From an uncultured Myxococcales bacterium (GTDB taxonomy: Bacteria; Myxococcota_A; UBA9042), in assembly GCA_903896545.1 (NCBI GenBank), contig CAITYF010000197.1:11665-75664 (forward strand): a stretch of DNA of 64,000 nucleotides. The letters are read 5' to 3'. The notes under the pieces were generated by a model, which was not told the origin of the DNA, did not search any database, and saw only the letters and a list, made by a program, of their open reading frames with translations. How positions within the stretch are numbered: position 1 is the first letter of the stretch; the number at the start of each line of letters is the position of its first letter. Positions 20,135-28,344 of this stretch are shown here, piece by piece. The translations under genes were made by a program, and so were the position numbers.

Positions 20135-20404
20135 ATGGACACGCACTTCACCAGCCAACTCTTCCTCAGCATCCTCTTCTTCGCGCCGGGCATGGTCCTC
20201 TTCGCGGGCGTCGCGTTTGTCGGTGGTTTGATGCTGCTCGAAAAGGCCTTCGACCACACCGATACGGAACTCGGGTTGGTCGTGCCTCAAGGCGCTGTCG
20301 ACTTCGCCGCGACGGGCAATCCCGGTCCAGGTCGAATCGTCAACGCGCTGAAGACCAGCATGAACCAGACGGACAAAAAGCCGCAGCGCAAGGTCCATAA
20401 CTAG
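20135..20404 (+). CDS. 89-aa single-TM small protein, paralogue A
   Basis: GGAGG RBS; colinear with 22389-22658 (LSILFFAPG..LFAG.AFVG..M.LEK, NP.PG.IV.ALK, QRK.H). Confidence 0.8.
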   Translation: MDTHFTSQLFLSILFFAPGMVLFAGVAFVGGLMLLEKAFDHTDTELGLVVPQGAVDFAATGNPGPGRIVNALKTSMNQTDKKPQRKVHN

Positions 20405-20422
20405 CCCGCGCGGTATCTGCTT

Positions 20423-20466
20423 GCAGGCAGCCGCGCACTTCTCCGCGGGTGCCTGCGGCTTTTTTT
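20423..20466 (+). terminator. Rho-independent terminator
   Basis: GCAGGCAgCCGCG...CGCGGgTGCCTGC stem followed by a 7-T run. Confidence 0.75.
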
Positions 20467-20783
20467 GGCGACAGTTGCTCAGCCCACTGACCAGCCCGCC
20501 GGTTGTCGTCGGCAGGTACGGCGAAAGGTTCGACTGCGGCGCCTACCAGTTCAGTCCCACGTGGAGGTCGGCGCGCGAAGGGTCGGGTTTTCCAACTGCG
20601 CGAGCCATCTGCCCACGCTCCACTGTCGCGAAGCCTTGGCATCGGCCTCCCCCCGTCCGGGTTCGTCGATGAGCGCGACGATGCTCAAGATTCACGTTTC
20701 GCATCACTCCCCTCGATGCGAGGCATATGCGTAGAGCGCTTTTGCTGGCTCTAACCTCTTATGTTTACATGCTATTGTGTGAT

Positions 20784-20812
20784 TTGACGCGTCCAGCCCT
20801 CCGGTTCACACT
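20784..20812 (+). promoter_or_regulatory. Possible sigma70-type promoter of the radical SAM gene
   Basis: TTGACG-N17-CACACT, preceded by an AT-rich tract. Confidence 0.35.
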
Positions 20813-20857
20813 GGGCGCCAAGTCCCGTGCGATGCCCGTGACGATGCTGGAGAGTCA

Positions 20858-22087
20858 ATGAGCGGCAAGATCGCAGCAGTTGCGCGCCCTGATGGTTTCG
20901 CGCGGACAAAAACGCTGCATGTGCGTACGGGCTACGTGTGCCAAAACGACTGCCTCTTCTGCTGCGATGGCGGCGGTGGTGTACACGGAACAGCGCAGGA
21001 GTCGCCGTTCGTCCGCCAGATGCTGGAAAAGAACGTGGGCTTGGGGTGTGTCGAGTTTACTGCTCACGAACCCACGCTGAATCCCAACTTGCCGCAGTGG
21101 GCGACCTGGGCGCGCGAATTGGGCTACCCGATCGTGTCTGTCGTGACCAATGGCCGGCTGTTGCGCCGCGGCGACCTTTTGCAGCGCCTTCTGGACGCCG
21201 GCATCAACCGCATTCAAATCTCGTTGCACGGGCATTACGCTGGGTTGCACGACCAGATGACGCAGCGCCTCGGCAGTTTTGACGACACTGTGGCGGGAAT
21301 CCGCGCAGTCGTGGCCGCGCGCCTCGATCGCCCCGGATTGACGTTGCACGTGCACACAACAGTGACACAGCACAATGTGCACGAGCTGAGCAACATCATT
21401 CCCTATGTGCTCGCGTCCAAACCGGACACGTACGGGCTCAACTGCGTGTTTTTGACCGCGTCGGCGGAGCACAACATCGGTGAAACGGCGGTCAGCTATG
21501 CGGAGATCGTGGCAGAACTGCTGCGGTGCCTGCCGTCGACGCGTCGTGACCCGATCTTCGTCAGTGAGATCCCAATTTGTCAGGTTGTGGGCAAACTGGC
21601 GCCGGACTATTTTGGCCTGCGGGAAGGCTTTCACCTGTCGCAGGACGCCGATGCCACGGCGCAAGCCGTTGGGCGAGGCTTTGATTTTGGTCCACGCTGC
21701 GGTGAATGTGCGCTGCGCAACGCGTGTGACGGCGTACCACCGGCGTACGTGGCGCGGTTTGGATGGGACGCGTTTCAACCGGTGACGCAGGAAAGTTTGG
21801 CACGTGCGACGGACGACACGCGCCGCGACTTGCGCCATTTGCTGGCCGCACCAGCGGGCGAGTGGACCATCGTTGGATTGGAGCCGCGCGACGGGTACAC
21901 AACAGTCCGTTTGCAAAGTGCTAAGCTTATTCGGGATTTGTCGGTGCAGGTTCGCCCGCGCGACGACGCGTTCCCCGCCTTCGCGCGGACGGAGACGCTG
22001 AACATCACGCTCGCCGGTCCGTACCAAAGCAAGGACGAGATTTTGCTCGCGCGCAAGCTGCTCGACGTGGTGCGTTCGCGGGAGTAG
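20858..22087 (+). CDS. Radical SAM protein with C-terminal Cys cluster (HxsC-like architecture)
   Basis: CQNDCLFC (CxxxCxxC), HEPTL, VTNG, ISLHG, CGECALRNACDG, plus a ~90-aa C-terminal domain. Confidence 0.85.
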   Translation: MSGKIAAVARPDGFARTKTLHVRTGYVCQNDCLFCCDGGGGVHGTAQESPFVRQMLEKNVGLGCVEFTAHEPTLNPNLPQWATWARELGYPIVSVVTNGRLLRRGDLLQRLLDAGINRIQISLHGHYAGLHDQMTQRLGSFDDTVAGIRAVVAARLDRPGLTLHVHTTVTQHNVHELSNIIPYVLASKPDTYGLNCVFLTASAEHNIGETAVSYAEIVAELLRCLPSTRRDPIFVSEIPICQVVGKLAPDYFGLREGFHLSQDADATAQAVGRGFDFGPRCGECALRNACDGVPPAYVARFGWDAFQPVTQESLARATDDTRRDLRHLLAAPAGEWTIVGLEPRDGYTTVRLQSAKLIRDLSVQVRPRDDAFPAFARTETLNITLAGPYQSKDEILLARKLLDVVRSRE

Positions 22088-22119
22088 GGCCGTCAATTCG
22101 CCTCAAACGGGTGGCGCGT

Positions 22120-22138
22120 ACATTGCCTAAGGCTTTGT
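22120..22138 (+). repeat. REP-like palindrome, copy 3
   Basis: ACATTGCC-TAA-GGCTTTGT. Confidence 0.5.
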
Positions 22139-22232
22139 CAGTGCGTTGATCGTAAACACATTTGCACCCATCCGCCGCCTCGCCACGTCCCGCCATGGTG
22201 CATTCGCACCATACGCGTTTGATGCCATCCCC

Positions 22233-22248
22233 CCACCCCAAATTGGTG
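22233..22248 (+). promoter_or_regulatory. Candidate bEBP enhancer box, unit 2
   Basis: Identical 16-mer to 19980-19995. Confidence 0.55.
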
Positions 22249-22297
22249 TCGAAATCCCTACAGATTGGCCATGACGACCACTATTGCCCTGCGGTCT

Positions 22298-22312
22298 TGG
22301 CGCGTATCTTGT
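22298..22312 (+). promoter_or_regulatory. Sigma54-type promoter, unit 2
   Basis: TGGCGCG-TATC-TTGT, inside a block 38/39 identical to 20044-20082. Confidence 0.65.
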
Positions 22313-22388
22313 GTATCAGGAAGTCCGCTGGACGCCGCCGGGAAGCGGCGGCAAGCCCAAGCGGCAAGAAACCCTCTGGAGGCTCATC

Positions 22389-22658
22389 ATGGAAACCAAC
22401 TACACCACTCAACTCGCTCTCAGCATCCTCTTCTTCGCCCCTGGCATCATCCTCTTCGCTGGCTTGGCCTTCGTCGGTGTGCTGATGATTCTGGAAAAGA
22501 CCGTCTTCCAGGCGCAGGCGACGAACGTGCTGACGAACGGTGGCTTGCACATCGAACTGCCCGCGAACGCGAACCCGGCGCCGGGTGCCATCGTCACGGC
22601 GCTCAAGGATGCGCAACAGCCGGTCGAGCAGAAGAAACAGCGCAAAGCGCATCAATAA
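22389..22658 (+). CDS. 89-aa single-TM small protein, paralogue B
   Basis: GGAGG RBS; same length as 20135-20404 and aligns to it without gaps. Confidence 0.8.
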   Translation: METNYTTQLALSILFFAPGIILFAGLAFVGVLMILEKTVFQAQATNVLTNGGLHIELPANANPAPGAIVTALKDAQQPVEQKKQRKAHQ

Positions 22659-22678
22659 CAAGTGATTTGTCGCCATAC

Positions 22679-22724
22679 ACAGGCCGTCGCGTCTCCTCCG
22701 CGGCGGCCTGTCGCGTTTTTTTTT
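22679..22724 (+). terminator. Rho-independent terminator
   Basis: ACAGGCCGTCGCG-loop-CGCGGCGGCCTGT stem followed by a 9-T run. Confidence 0.8.
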
Positions 22725-22728
22725 GCCG

Positions 22729-23712
22729 TCAATTCGGCTCGATTCCGCGCGCTGCGTTGACCTGCGTGCGGGCCACCAGCGCGTTGTCCAGATTGTAGGT
22801 CATGATGACGTCAAAGCCCGCGTCCCAGAGCGCCACGTGGTCGGCGGGCGTCGGCAGGTGAATGGAGGACACGAAGCCGCGCAGCCCCGCGGGATGAATC
22901 TTCTTGCTGAGCAGATCCGCCATCTTCGCGTTCGCTGCTTCCTGATAGTCTACGCCGATCTCCAAGAACGCCACAACTGGCTTCGCGCTGGATTGCAGCA
23001 CGGCGTCCAACTCGGCCTCCGACGACACCGACGCGTTGTACCAAGTCTTTTGCCAGTCCGCCGACTTCGGCACCGCGGTCTGCAGGTCGCCCAAGCCTGT
23101 CTCCAGAAAGACGTAGTCCAGCGCGTTGTGCTCGATCACCGTCTGAATTGCGCGCGGAAAGTCCACCGGTTCCTTGACGGTCAGCATGATGACGACCTTG
23201 CCGCGCGCCCACTCCAGCACTGTATCCAGCCGCTGGAACGTCTGCGTGTCTGACGGGAAAATGTGGCATTTGGTCACTTGGTCGGCAGTCGAATCTTCCA
23301 CGACAAGTCCCGCGCAATCGGTCGTCTCGTAGCCCAAGAGCGGGCTCGAATGCGTCACGACGGCGACGTTGTCTTTGGTCACGTGGACGTCCGTCTTGAT
23401 GCCGTCGGCGCCTTTGTCGGCCGCTCGATGGAATGCGCCCTCCGAGTCGTACGGAAAGTCTTCGATACTCCAGTCGCCGCCGTGGCTGATGACGAACGCG
23501 CGCTTGCAGTTCAAGTCGTTCCAGCAGACTTTGAGCGAGTCGCGCCATGTGGGTCCGGTCGTCGTCGTTGTGTCGCTTGCAGTGTCCACGCTCGTCGTTG
23601 TGTCCGCCGTCGCATCGGCGTTCGCCATTGTGTCGGTTGACGTCGCGGTTGGCCCCGTGCCGCACGCAGCGAGCGCAAACGAGGTTGCAAAGGCAAGGTT
23701 TTGGAAGTTCAT
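22729..23712 (-). CDS. Glycerophosphodiester phosphodiesterase-family lipoprotein
   Basis: Lipobox LAAC; ISHGG, ADGIKTDVHVTKD.VAVVTH, GFDVIMT. Some canonical residues differ. Confidence 0.7.
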   Translation of the reverse strand: MNFQNLAFATSFALAACGTGPTATSTDTMANADATADTTTSVDTASDTTTTTGPTWRDSLKVCWNDLNCKRAFVISHGGDWSIEDFPYDSEGAFHRAADKGADGIKTDVHVTKDNVAVVTHSSPLLGYETTDCAGLVVEDSTADQVTKCHIFPSDTQTFQRLDTVLEWARGKVVIMLTVKEPVDFPRAIQTVIEHNALDYVFLETGLGDLQTAVPKSADWQKTWYNASVSSEAELDAVLQSSAKPVVAFLEIGVDYQEAANAKMADLLSKKIHPAGLRGFVSSIHLPTPADHVALWDAGFDVIMTYNLDNALVARTQVNAARGIEPN

Positions 23713-24053
23713 GCGAATCTCTCGGCGCAGACATCGGTCTGTCACCGAAGCGTAGAATTCCCGTCATCAAAAGGCTACTGCAGGGTCGACCGCGTCATCT
23801 TCATCAGGGCGTGGAACGCGATGGCGTGCCCTCACTTGACGCCGTGATCGTGTGCCGGGAACCGAGTGCCGTGGTGGGGCTGCTGCCCTCGACGCCAAGA
23901 ATTCCAAGCGGTGGTCGCGCTCGTCGCGCGCGAACTCGCTCGTGGCCGGGCAAGCCCCGCGATGCCGACATCTGGCGTGTGACGGGAATTTGACCGTGTC
24001 ATGACAAAACAACGACGATTGTGCTGCGGCGGAGGGCTGCGGAGGCACCAGGC

Positions 24054-24938
24054 ATGGCGCGAAAGACCGTTTGGTTGGGACTTGCAGTGGCGCTGCTGGG
24101 ATGTACGACGACAGCGTCAAAGGCGGCTGTACCACCGGAACCATGCAACGGCGCGGTGGAACTGTGCGAACGGCGCTTGAACGAGGTCGCACTGGCAGGC
24201 GCGCACAACGCGATGTCCAACTTGGATGAAGGCTGGAACTTCGCCAATCAACAGCATGGACTCTTGACGCAGCTGGACGACGGTATCCGCGCATTCCTCA
24301 TTGACGCACACCCGGCTGACGAGAACACGCCGGATCAGCCGGCGGGCAAGGCGATGCTCTGCCACGGTCTCTGCCAACTTGGCTACGAGCCGCTGGACGC
24401 TGCGCTTACCAAGATGAAGAAGTGGCTCGACGCGCATCCGCGCGAAGTGATTGTGTTTGTCATTGAGGACTACGTCTCGGAACAGGCGATCACAGACGCG
24501 CTCACGTCGTCCGGTCTGCTGGCGCTGTGTCTGCACCAGCCGCGCGACCAGCCGTTCCCGACGCTGCAGGCGCTGATCGACGCCAACACGCGCGTGTTCA
24601 TCATGCTGGAGTCGGGCGGCGGGCCTGCCCCGTGGCATCACGGGTACCAGGACTACGCCCAGGACAATCCGTATTCGGCTGAAAAAGTCGCGGATTTTTC
24701 GTGCGATCGGCTGCGCGGCAAGGCGGGCAATCCGCTGTTGCTGATCAACCATTTTCTGACCGCGGGGCTGACCGGGCACGAAGAACTCGCCACGCAGGCG
24801 AACGCTGAGCCCGGACTAAGCGCGCACGTGCAGCAATGTCAGAAACAGTTTGGTCAACTCCCCAACATCGTTGCGCTGGACTGGTACCACGTGGGCGGGC
24901 TGATGCCACTGGTGCGTAAGCTGAACGGCTTGCCGTAG
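24054..24938 (+). CDS. PI-PLC X-domain-like phosphodiesterase lipoprotein
   Basis: Lipobox LLGC; GAHNA, NQ, QLDDGIR, LCHG, HPREVI, LINHF, PNIVALDW. Confidence 0.8.
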   Translation: MARKTVWLGLAVALLGCTTTASKAAVPPEPCNGAVELCERRLNEVALAGAHNAMSNLDEGWNFANQQHGLLTQLDDGIRAFLIDAHPADENTPDQPAGKAMLCHGLCQLGYEPLDAALTKMKKWLDAHPREVIVFVIEDYVSEQAITDALTSSGLLALCLHQPRDQPFPTLQALIDANTRVFIMLESGGGPAPWHHGYQDYAQDNPYSAEKVADFSCDRLRGKAGNPLLLINHFLTAGLTGHEELATQANAEPGLSAHVQQCQKQFGQLPNIVALDWYHVGGLMPLVRKLNGLP

Positions 24939-25022
24939 CGTCCGACGGCGATCTTGACCAGAGCGTTGCCGCAACGCACTCTGGGCCTGCAATCGGGACG
25001 CTTCCGCCCCGCGCACGGGATC

Positions 25023-26480
25023 ATGGCCGCTAGCACGCCCTTGCCGTTGCACGATTCACGCGACCGTTGGCCGTTGTGGCTGTTCTGCTTGTTGGCGGCA
25101 CCGCTTCTTGTCAACCGGTTGGGACCAGAATTTCTGGACGCGGACACGCTGCTTTCGTCGCTCATGTCGACGCAAAAGGTCACGCTTTTCTACTGGGGGC
25201 AGGAACGCTTGGCCAACGTGCTGCCGTTTATGCTCGCGCCCGTCACCGATCTGGCGCGGAATCAATGGCTGCAGATGACGGCGAACGCCGCGGCGTACCT
25301 GCTGCTTTTGGAAGCGCTGACGCACGTGGCGTGCCAACTGGACGACGCGCCGCCGCCCCGGCTGTACCGACACGTCCTGTTCGCGCTACTCGTGGCGCTG
25401 CCATTCCTCTTCCTTCGGCCTTTTGCGTTGTACCAATTCACGGTCGCGGCTCAGCCCTATTCGCTGTCCTTTCTGTGTCTGACGTGGGCTGCGCTGGCGT
25501 GGCGTCGCCGCGTCGAACAGCCGCTGTTCTGGGTCGCCTGCGGGCCCGCACTTGTCGTGGCCGTCGGGCTCAATCCCGCCGTCTTGCTTCTTGTCGTCGC
25601 GCTTGTCGCGTGGCAGCACCGGGCGGGAAAAGGCCGCGGTTGGATCGGGTTCTTCGTGCTCACGCTGAGCATTTTTGTTGTCTGGACGTTCTTGTCGGTG
25701 ACCTACCCGCTGCGCTCGCCGGCGTCATTCATGACGTTCGCGCCTCAAGGCGTTCCCGCCGCGCTGCGGGCGTCGGCGGGCGAGATCGCCCACGAAGCGC
25801 TGCGTCTGCGGGTCGTGGCGCTTGGCGGTATCGCGGTGACCGTCGCGTGGCCGCAATTGGGGCTGCAGCAGCGCCGGGCAACCCTTTCTGCAATAGCCTT
25901 AGGCTTTGTCTGGTCGTTGTTTTTCTTGACGAATCTCTGGGTTCAACGCAACTCAGCCGCCTTCCGCTACTTCATGCCGCTCATCTTCGCCCCCGTGGTT
26001 TGCACGGCTCTCGCGCTCGCCCACCTGTGCTTTCAGCGGCGCACCGTGTGGCGCGCGCGAGTCGTCCTTCTCGCCTCCACCCTCGTTTTCGCGGGCTTCT
26101 GCGTACGACCCTGGACGCCGCTCGCCTCGTACCACCTCTTCCGGCCCGCCCGCACACCGTTGGCGACGGCGCAACGCCATCAGATCCGCTACTTCGCGGG
26201 TGACTACTGGACCGTCTGGCCCGTAATTTTCCAACTTCGTCTGCAAGGCCATGACGCTCTCGGCGCGTTTTCGCGCGGGATCGCGATGCAAGCGGAGATC
26301 ATGGCTGCGCTTCACAAGGACCAAATCGTGCAGCCACGGACGCTGGCGCAGTGCATCAGTAAGCCGCTGCCGACCTGTCAGGAGCAGCTCGAGAAGGTGA
26401 CGCGGACGTCCTGGCGTCTGGCCGATGTGCCGCCGGAAGGTGAAAGCATCTTTCTGACCCCGGCCACGCCTCCGCTCTAA
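25023..26480 (+). CDS. Polytopic membrane protein, possibly a GT-C-type glycosyltransferase
   Basis: About 10 hydrophobic segments; DAD and FYWGQER in the first loop; RYF; GDYW. Confidence 0.55.
   Translation: MAASTPLPLHDSRDRWPLWLFCLLAAPLLVNRLGPEFLDADTLLSSLMSTQKVTLFYWGQERLANVLPFMLAPVTDLARNQWLQMTANAAAYLLLLEALTHVACQLDDAPPPRLYRHVLFALLVALPFLFLRPFALYQFTVAAQPYSLSFLCLTWAALAWRRRVEQPLFWVACGPALVVAVGLNPAVLLLVVALVAWQHRAGKGRGWIGFFVLTLSIFVVWTFLSVTYPLRSPASFMTFAPQGVPAALRASAGEIAHEALRLRVVALGGIAVTVAWPQLGLQQRRATLSAIALGFVWSLFFLTNLWVQRNSAAFRYFMPLIFAPVVCTALALAHLCFQRRTVWRARVVLLASTLVFAGFCVRPWTPLASYHLFRPARTPLATAQRHQIRYFAGDYWTVWPVIFQLRLQGHDALGAFSRGIAMQAEIMAALHKDQIVQPRTLAQCISKPLPTCQEQLEKVTRTSWRLADVPPEGESIFLTPATPPL
25891..25913 (-). 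repeat. REP-like palindrome, copy 4 (inside CDS)
   Basis: Minus strand reads CCAG-ACAAAGCC-TAA-GGCTATTG; coincides with ATA and TTA codons, which are rare here. Confidence 0.4.
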
Positions 26481-26625
26481 ACATGCCTGCCAACACTGGA
26501 GATCAAATGCTGAACACTTGGTGGGCATGTTTAGGCTGCTAGCAGGGGCGCCAAGCTCGCGTCCGTGCAGGTCGACTCGCGGCGACACAAGATATTGGGC
26601 TCCGAGTCAATGCAGGGATGGAGAG
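26477..26625. mobile_element. 149-bp dispersed repeat (MITE/REPIN-like), copy 1
   Basis: Reverse complement aligns without gaps to 47821-47969 and 60954-61102. Confidence 0.85.
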
Positions 26626-26735
26626 CGTCTGGGGCCCGTACACCCCAATTTGTGCGCGCTTGGCGCGGATTCGTTGACGCTCCGGTTACAAATGCACACC
26701 ATATCGCGGGGCGCGAGGCTGCGCCGCACAGGGCC

Positions 26736-27674
26736 ATGGCTCCAGCGCACGCCACTCATCGACCAGAAACACGCCGGCCCCCGGCCGCTCCGGCGGCTGC
26801 GCCGGTTCGCGCCGAGCGTTCGCCAACCCCGGCAGGCTACGGTGCACAGCGCGAAGCTGTGCGTCCACCGGCTGGGCGAACCGCCGGCGTTGCGCCGGTC
26901 GCGTCTTCCGCGGCTGTTGGCTACGATGCACAGCGCGCAGCGGTTCGTCCTGCTGCCCGCCCCGGTGATCTCGCAGCTGCGACGGCGACGCCACAAGTCG
27001 ACATGCACGACGGATTGCGGCCGGCATTGCACGAAGCCGGTGGCGTTGTGCCGTTCATGAAGGCGATGGCGGGCGGTGGAACGGTAGGCGGCATCGGTCA
27101 CGAGAAGTTCAATACGCTGTGGAACCGCCAGGAAAACGAAGACTGGTTGAAGGACCAGTTCCGCGCCGTCAGCCCGAACATGCACGAGTGGATTCCGTCC
27201 AACCAGATTCAGGCGATCGTGGACAAGGCCAAGACGAGCCACGAAGGCCCGAACTGGATCGACCTGCACAACGAGCTCCGGAGCCCAACGTCCCACGTCA
27301 TCTTCCACCCGGCGGCGTCGAGTCATGAAGCGCCGGACGGGACGCTGGTGCTGCACGGCCACGTGGGCGCGATCTATTTGGGCAGTACGCCCCAGATCAA
27401 GGCGCAAGGCACCTTCCACGACGAGTTGCGTGAGACGTTCCTGAGCGCGCCGGACGTGGCGACCGCGGTGGAAGGGCTGAAGACGGTGATGAAGAAGTGG
27501 GTCTGGGATGGCTCGCCGCTGCCCAAGCCGCTGTCGGGCGCGCTGAAGGACAGCATGGGGCGGCCGATCGACGCACAGGCGCTGATGGCCGATCGCTCCG
27601 CGCACTTCACCGATATGCACACGATGTTCGACGCTTTGAAGGCCAAGTACGGCCAGAAGCGCCCCGGCAAGTAG
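26736..27674 (+). CDS. Hypothetical protein with low-complexity N-terminus and His-rich C-terminal domain (candidate toxin); start uncertain
   Basis: Strong coding bias from ~27000; MHEWIP, ELRSPT, HGHVGA, FHDELR. Confidence 0.6.
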   Translation: MAPAHATHRPETRRPPAAPAAAPVRAERSPTPAGYGAQREAVRPPAGRTAGVAPVASSAAVGYDAQRAAVRPAARPGDLAAATATPQVDMHDGLRPALHEAGGVVPFMKAMAGGGTVGGIGHEKFNTLWNRQENEDWLKDQFRAVSPNMHEWIPSNQIQAIVDKAKTSHEGPNWIDLHNELRSPTSHVIFHPAASSHEAPDGTLVLHGHVGAIYLGSTPQIKAQGTFHDELRETFLSAPDVATAVEGLKTVMKKWVWDGSPLPKPLSGALKDSMGRPIDAQALMADRSAHFTDMHTMFDALKAKYGQKRPGK

Positions 27675-27692
27675 CCGCACCGGAGTTTCTGG

Positions 27693-28343
27693 ATGGCAAC
27701 CGCTGCGGATTCGTCAAAGACTCACGCCGAGACCACGCTTGAACTGCACGACGTCTCCGAGGCGAGCCTGCCGGACGTTCGTGCGCGACTGCTGGCCAAC
27801 GCCGCGACCCTGCGCCGTGTGTCGCTGGTGCAGCCCGGCTTCGCTCGGCCCCTCGACTTGACCGATCTGCCGTGGCACATGCTGGCGCGCTTGCGCAACC
27901 TGTCGCTCCAGCGGTTTCAGGTGCCAGCGTCGCTTCTCGCGCACCCGACTCTCGAGTCGCTGCGGTTGGTGACGTGCCCGATCGTCGGCGCGGAGTCCGT
28001 GCACGTCGGCCCGTCGCTGACCGCGCTTGAACTGGTCGACTGCAATCCGGAAGTCGCAACGCTGCACGTCGATGGTCCAGCGTTGACGTCGTTTGTGTTG
28101 TCGCAGGACGAGGACGCCGCGGAGAGCAACTTCGCCACGGTGCGTTTTGCGTGTCCGGGACTGCAAGCGCTGCGGTTTCGTGCGGCGCTGGCGGTGGACT
28201 TGGTGTTTGTTGGTCCGTTTCCAGCGTTGGCGGCGGCGAACATCCAGCTTCAGGCCGGCGCGTATGGTGGTCCGGTGGTGGATGTTTCTGCCGCCGAATC
28301 CGCCGCGCTCCTCGCTGCGGTCGCGCCGTTTGCAGCGCCTTGA
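27693..28343 (+). CDS. Leucine-rich-repeat-like protein (candidate immunity protein)
   Basis: Repeated LxxLxL (LRNLSL, LESLRL, LTALEL, LQALRF); begins 18 bp after the upstream stop. Confidence 0.55.
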   Translation: MATAADSSKTHAETTLELHDVSEASLPDVRARLLANAATLRRVSLVQPGFARPLDLTDLPWHMLARLRNLSLQRFQVPASLLAHPTLESLRLVTCPIVGAESVHVGPSLTALELVDCNPEVATLHVDGPALTSFVLSQDEDAAESNFATVRFACPGLQALRFRAALAVDLVFVGPFPALAAANIQLQAGAYGGPVVDVSAAESAALLAAVAPFAAP

Positions 28344-28344
28344 C

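Noticed and set aside
26477-26535. Integron attC site (hairpin starting at a TAA stop)
   Set aside because: Ends read TAAAC/GTTTA rather than RYYYAAC/GTTRRRY, copies are dispersed rather than arrayed, and no integrase is present.
26565-26735. Upstream ORF extensions (also 12956-13243, 14103-14417, 47814-47903, 54602-54808)
   Set aside because: They run through repeats, promoters or neighbouring genes; downstream starts fit the RBS and family N-termini better.
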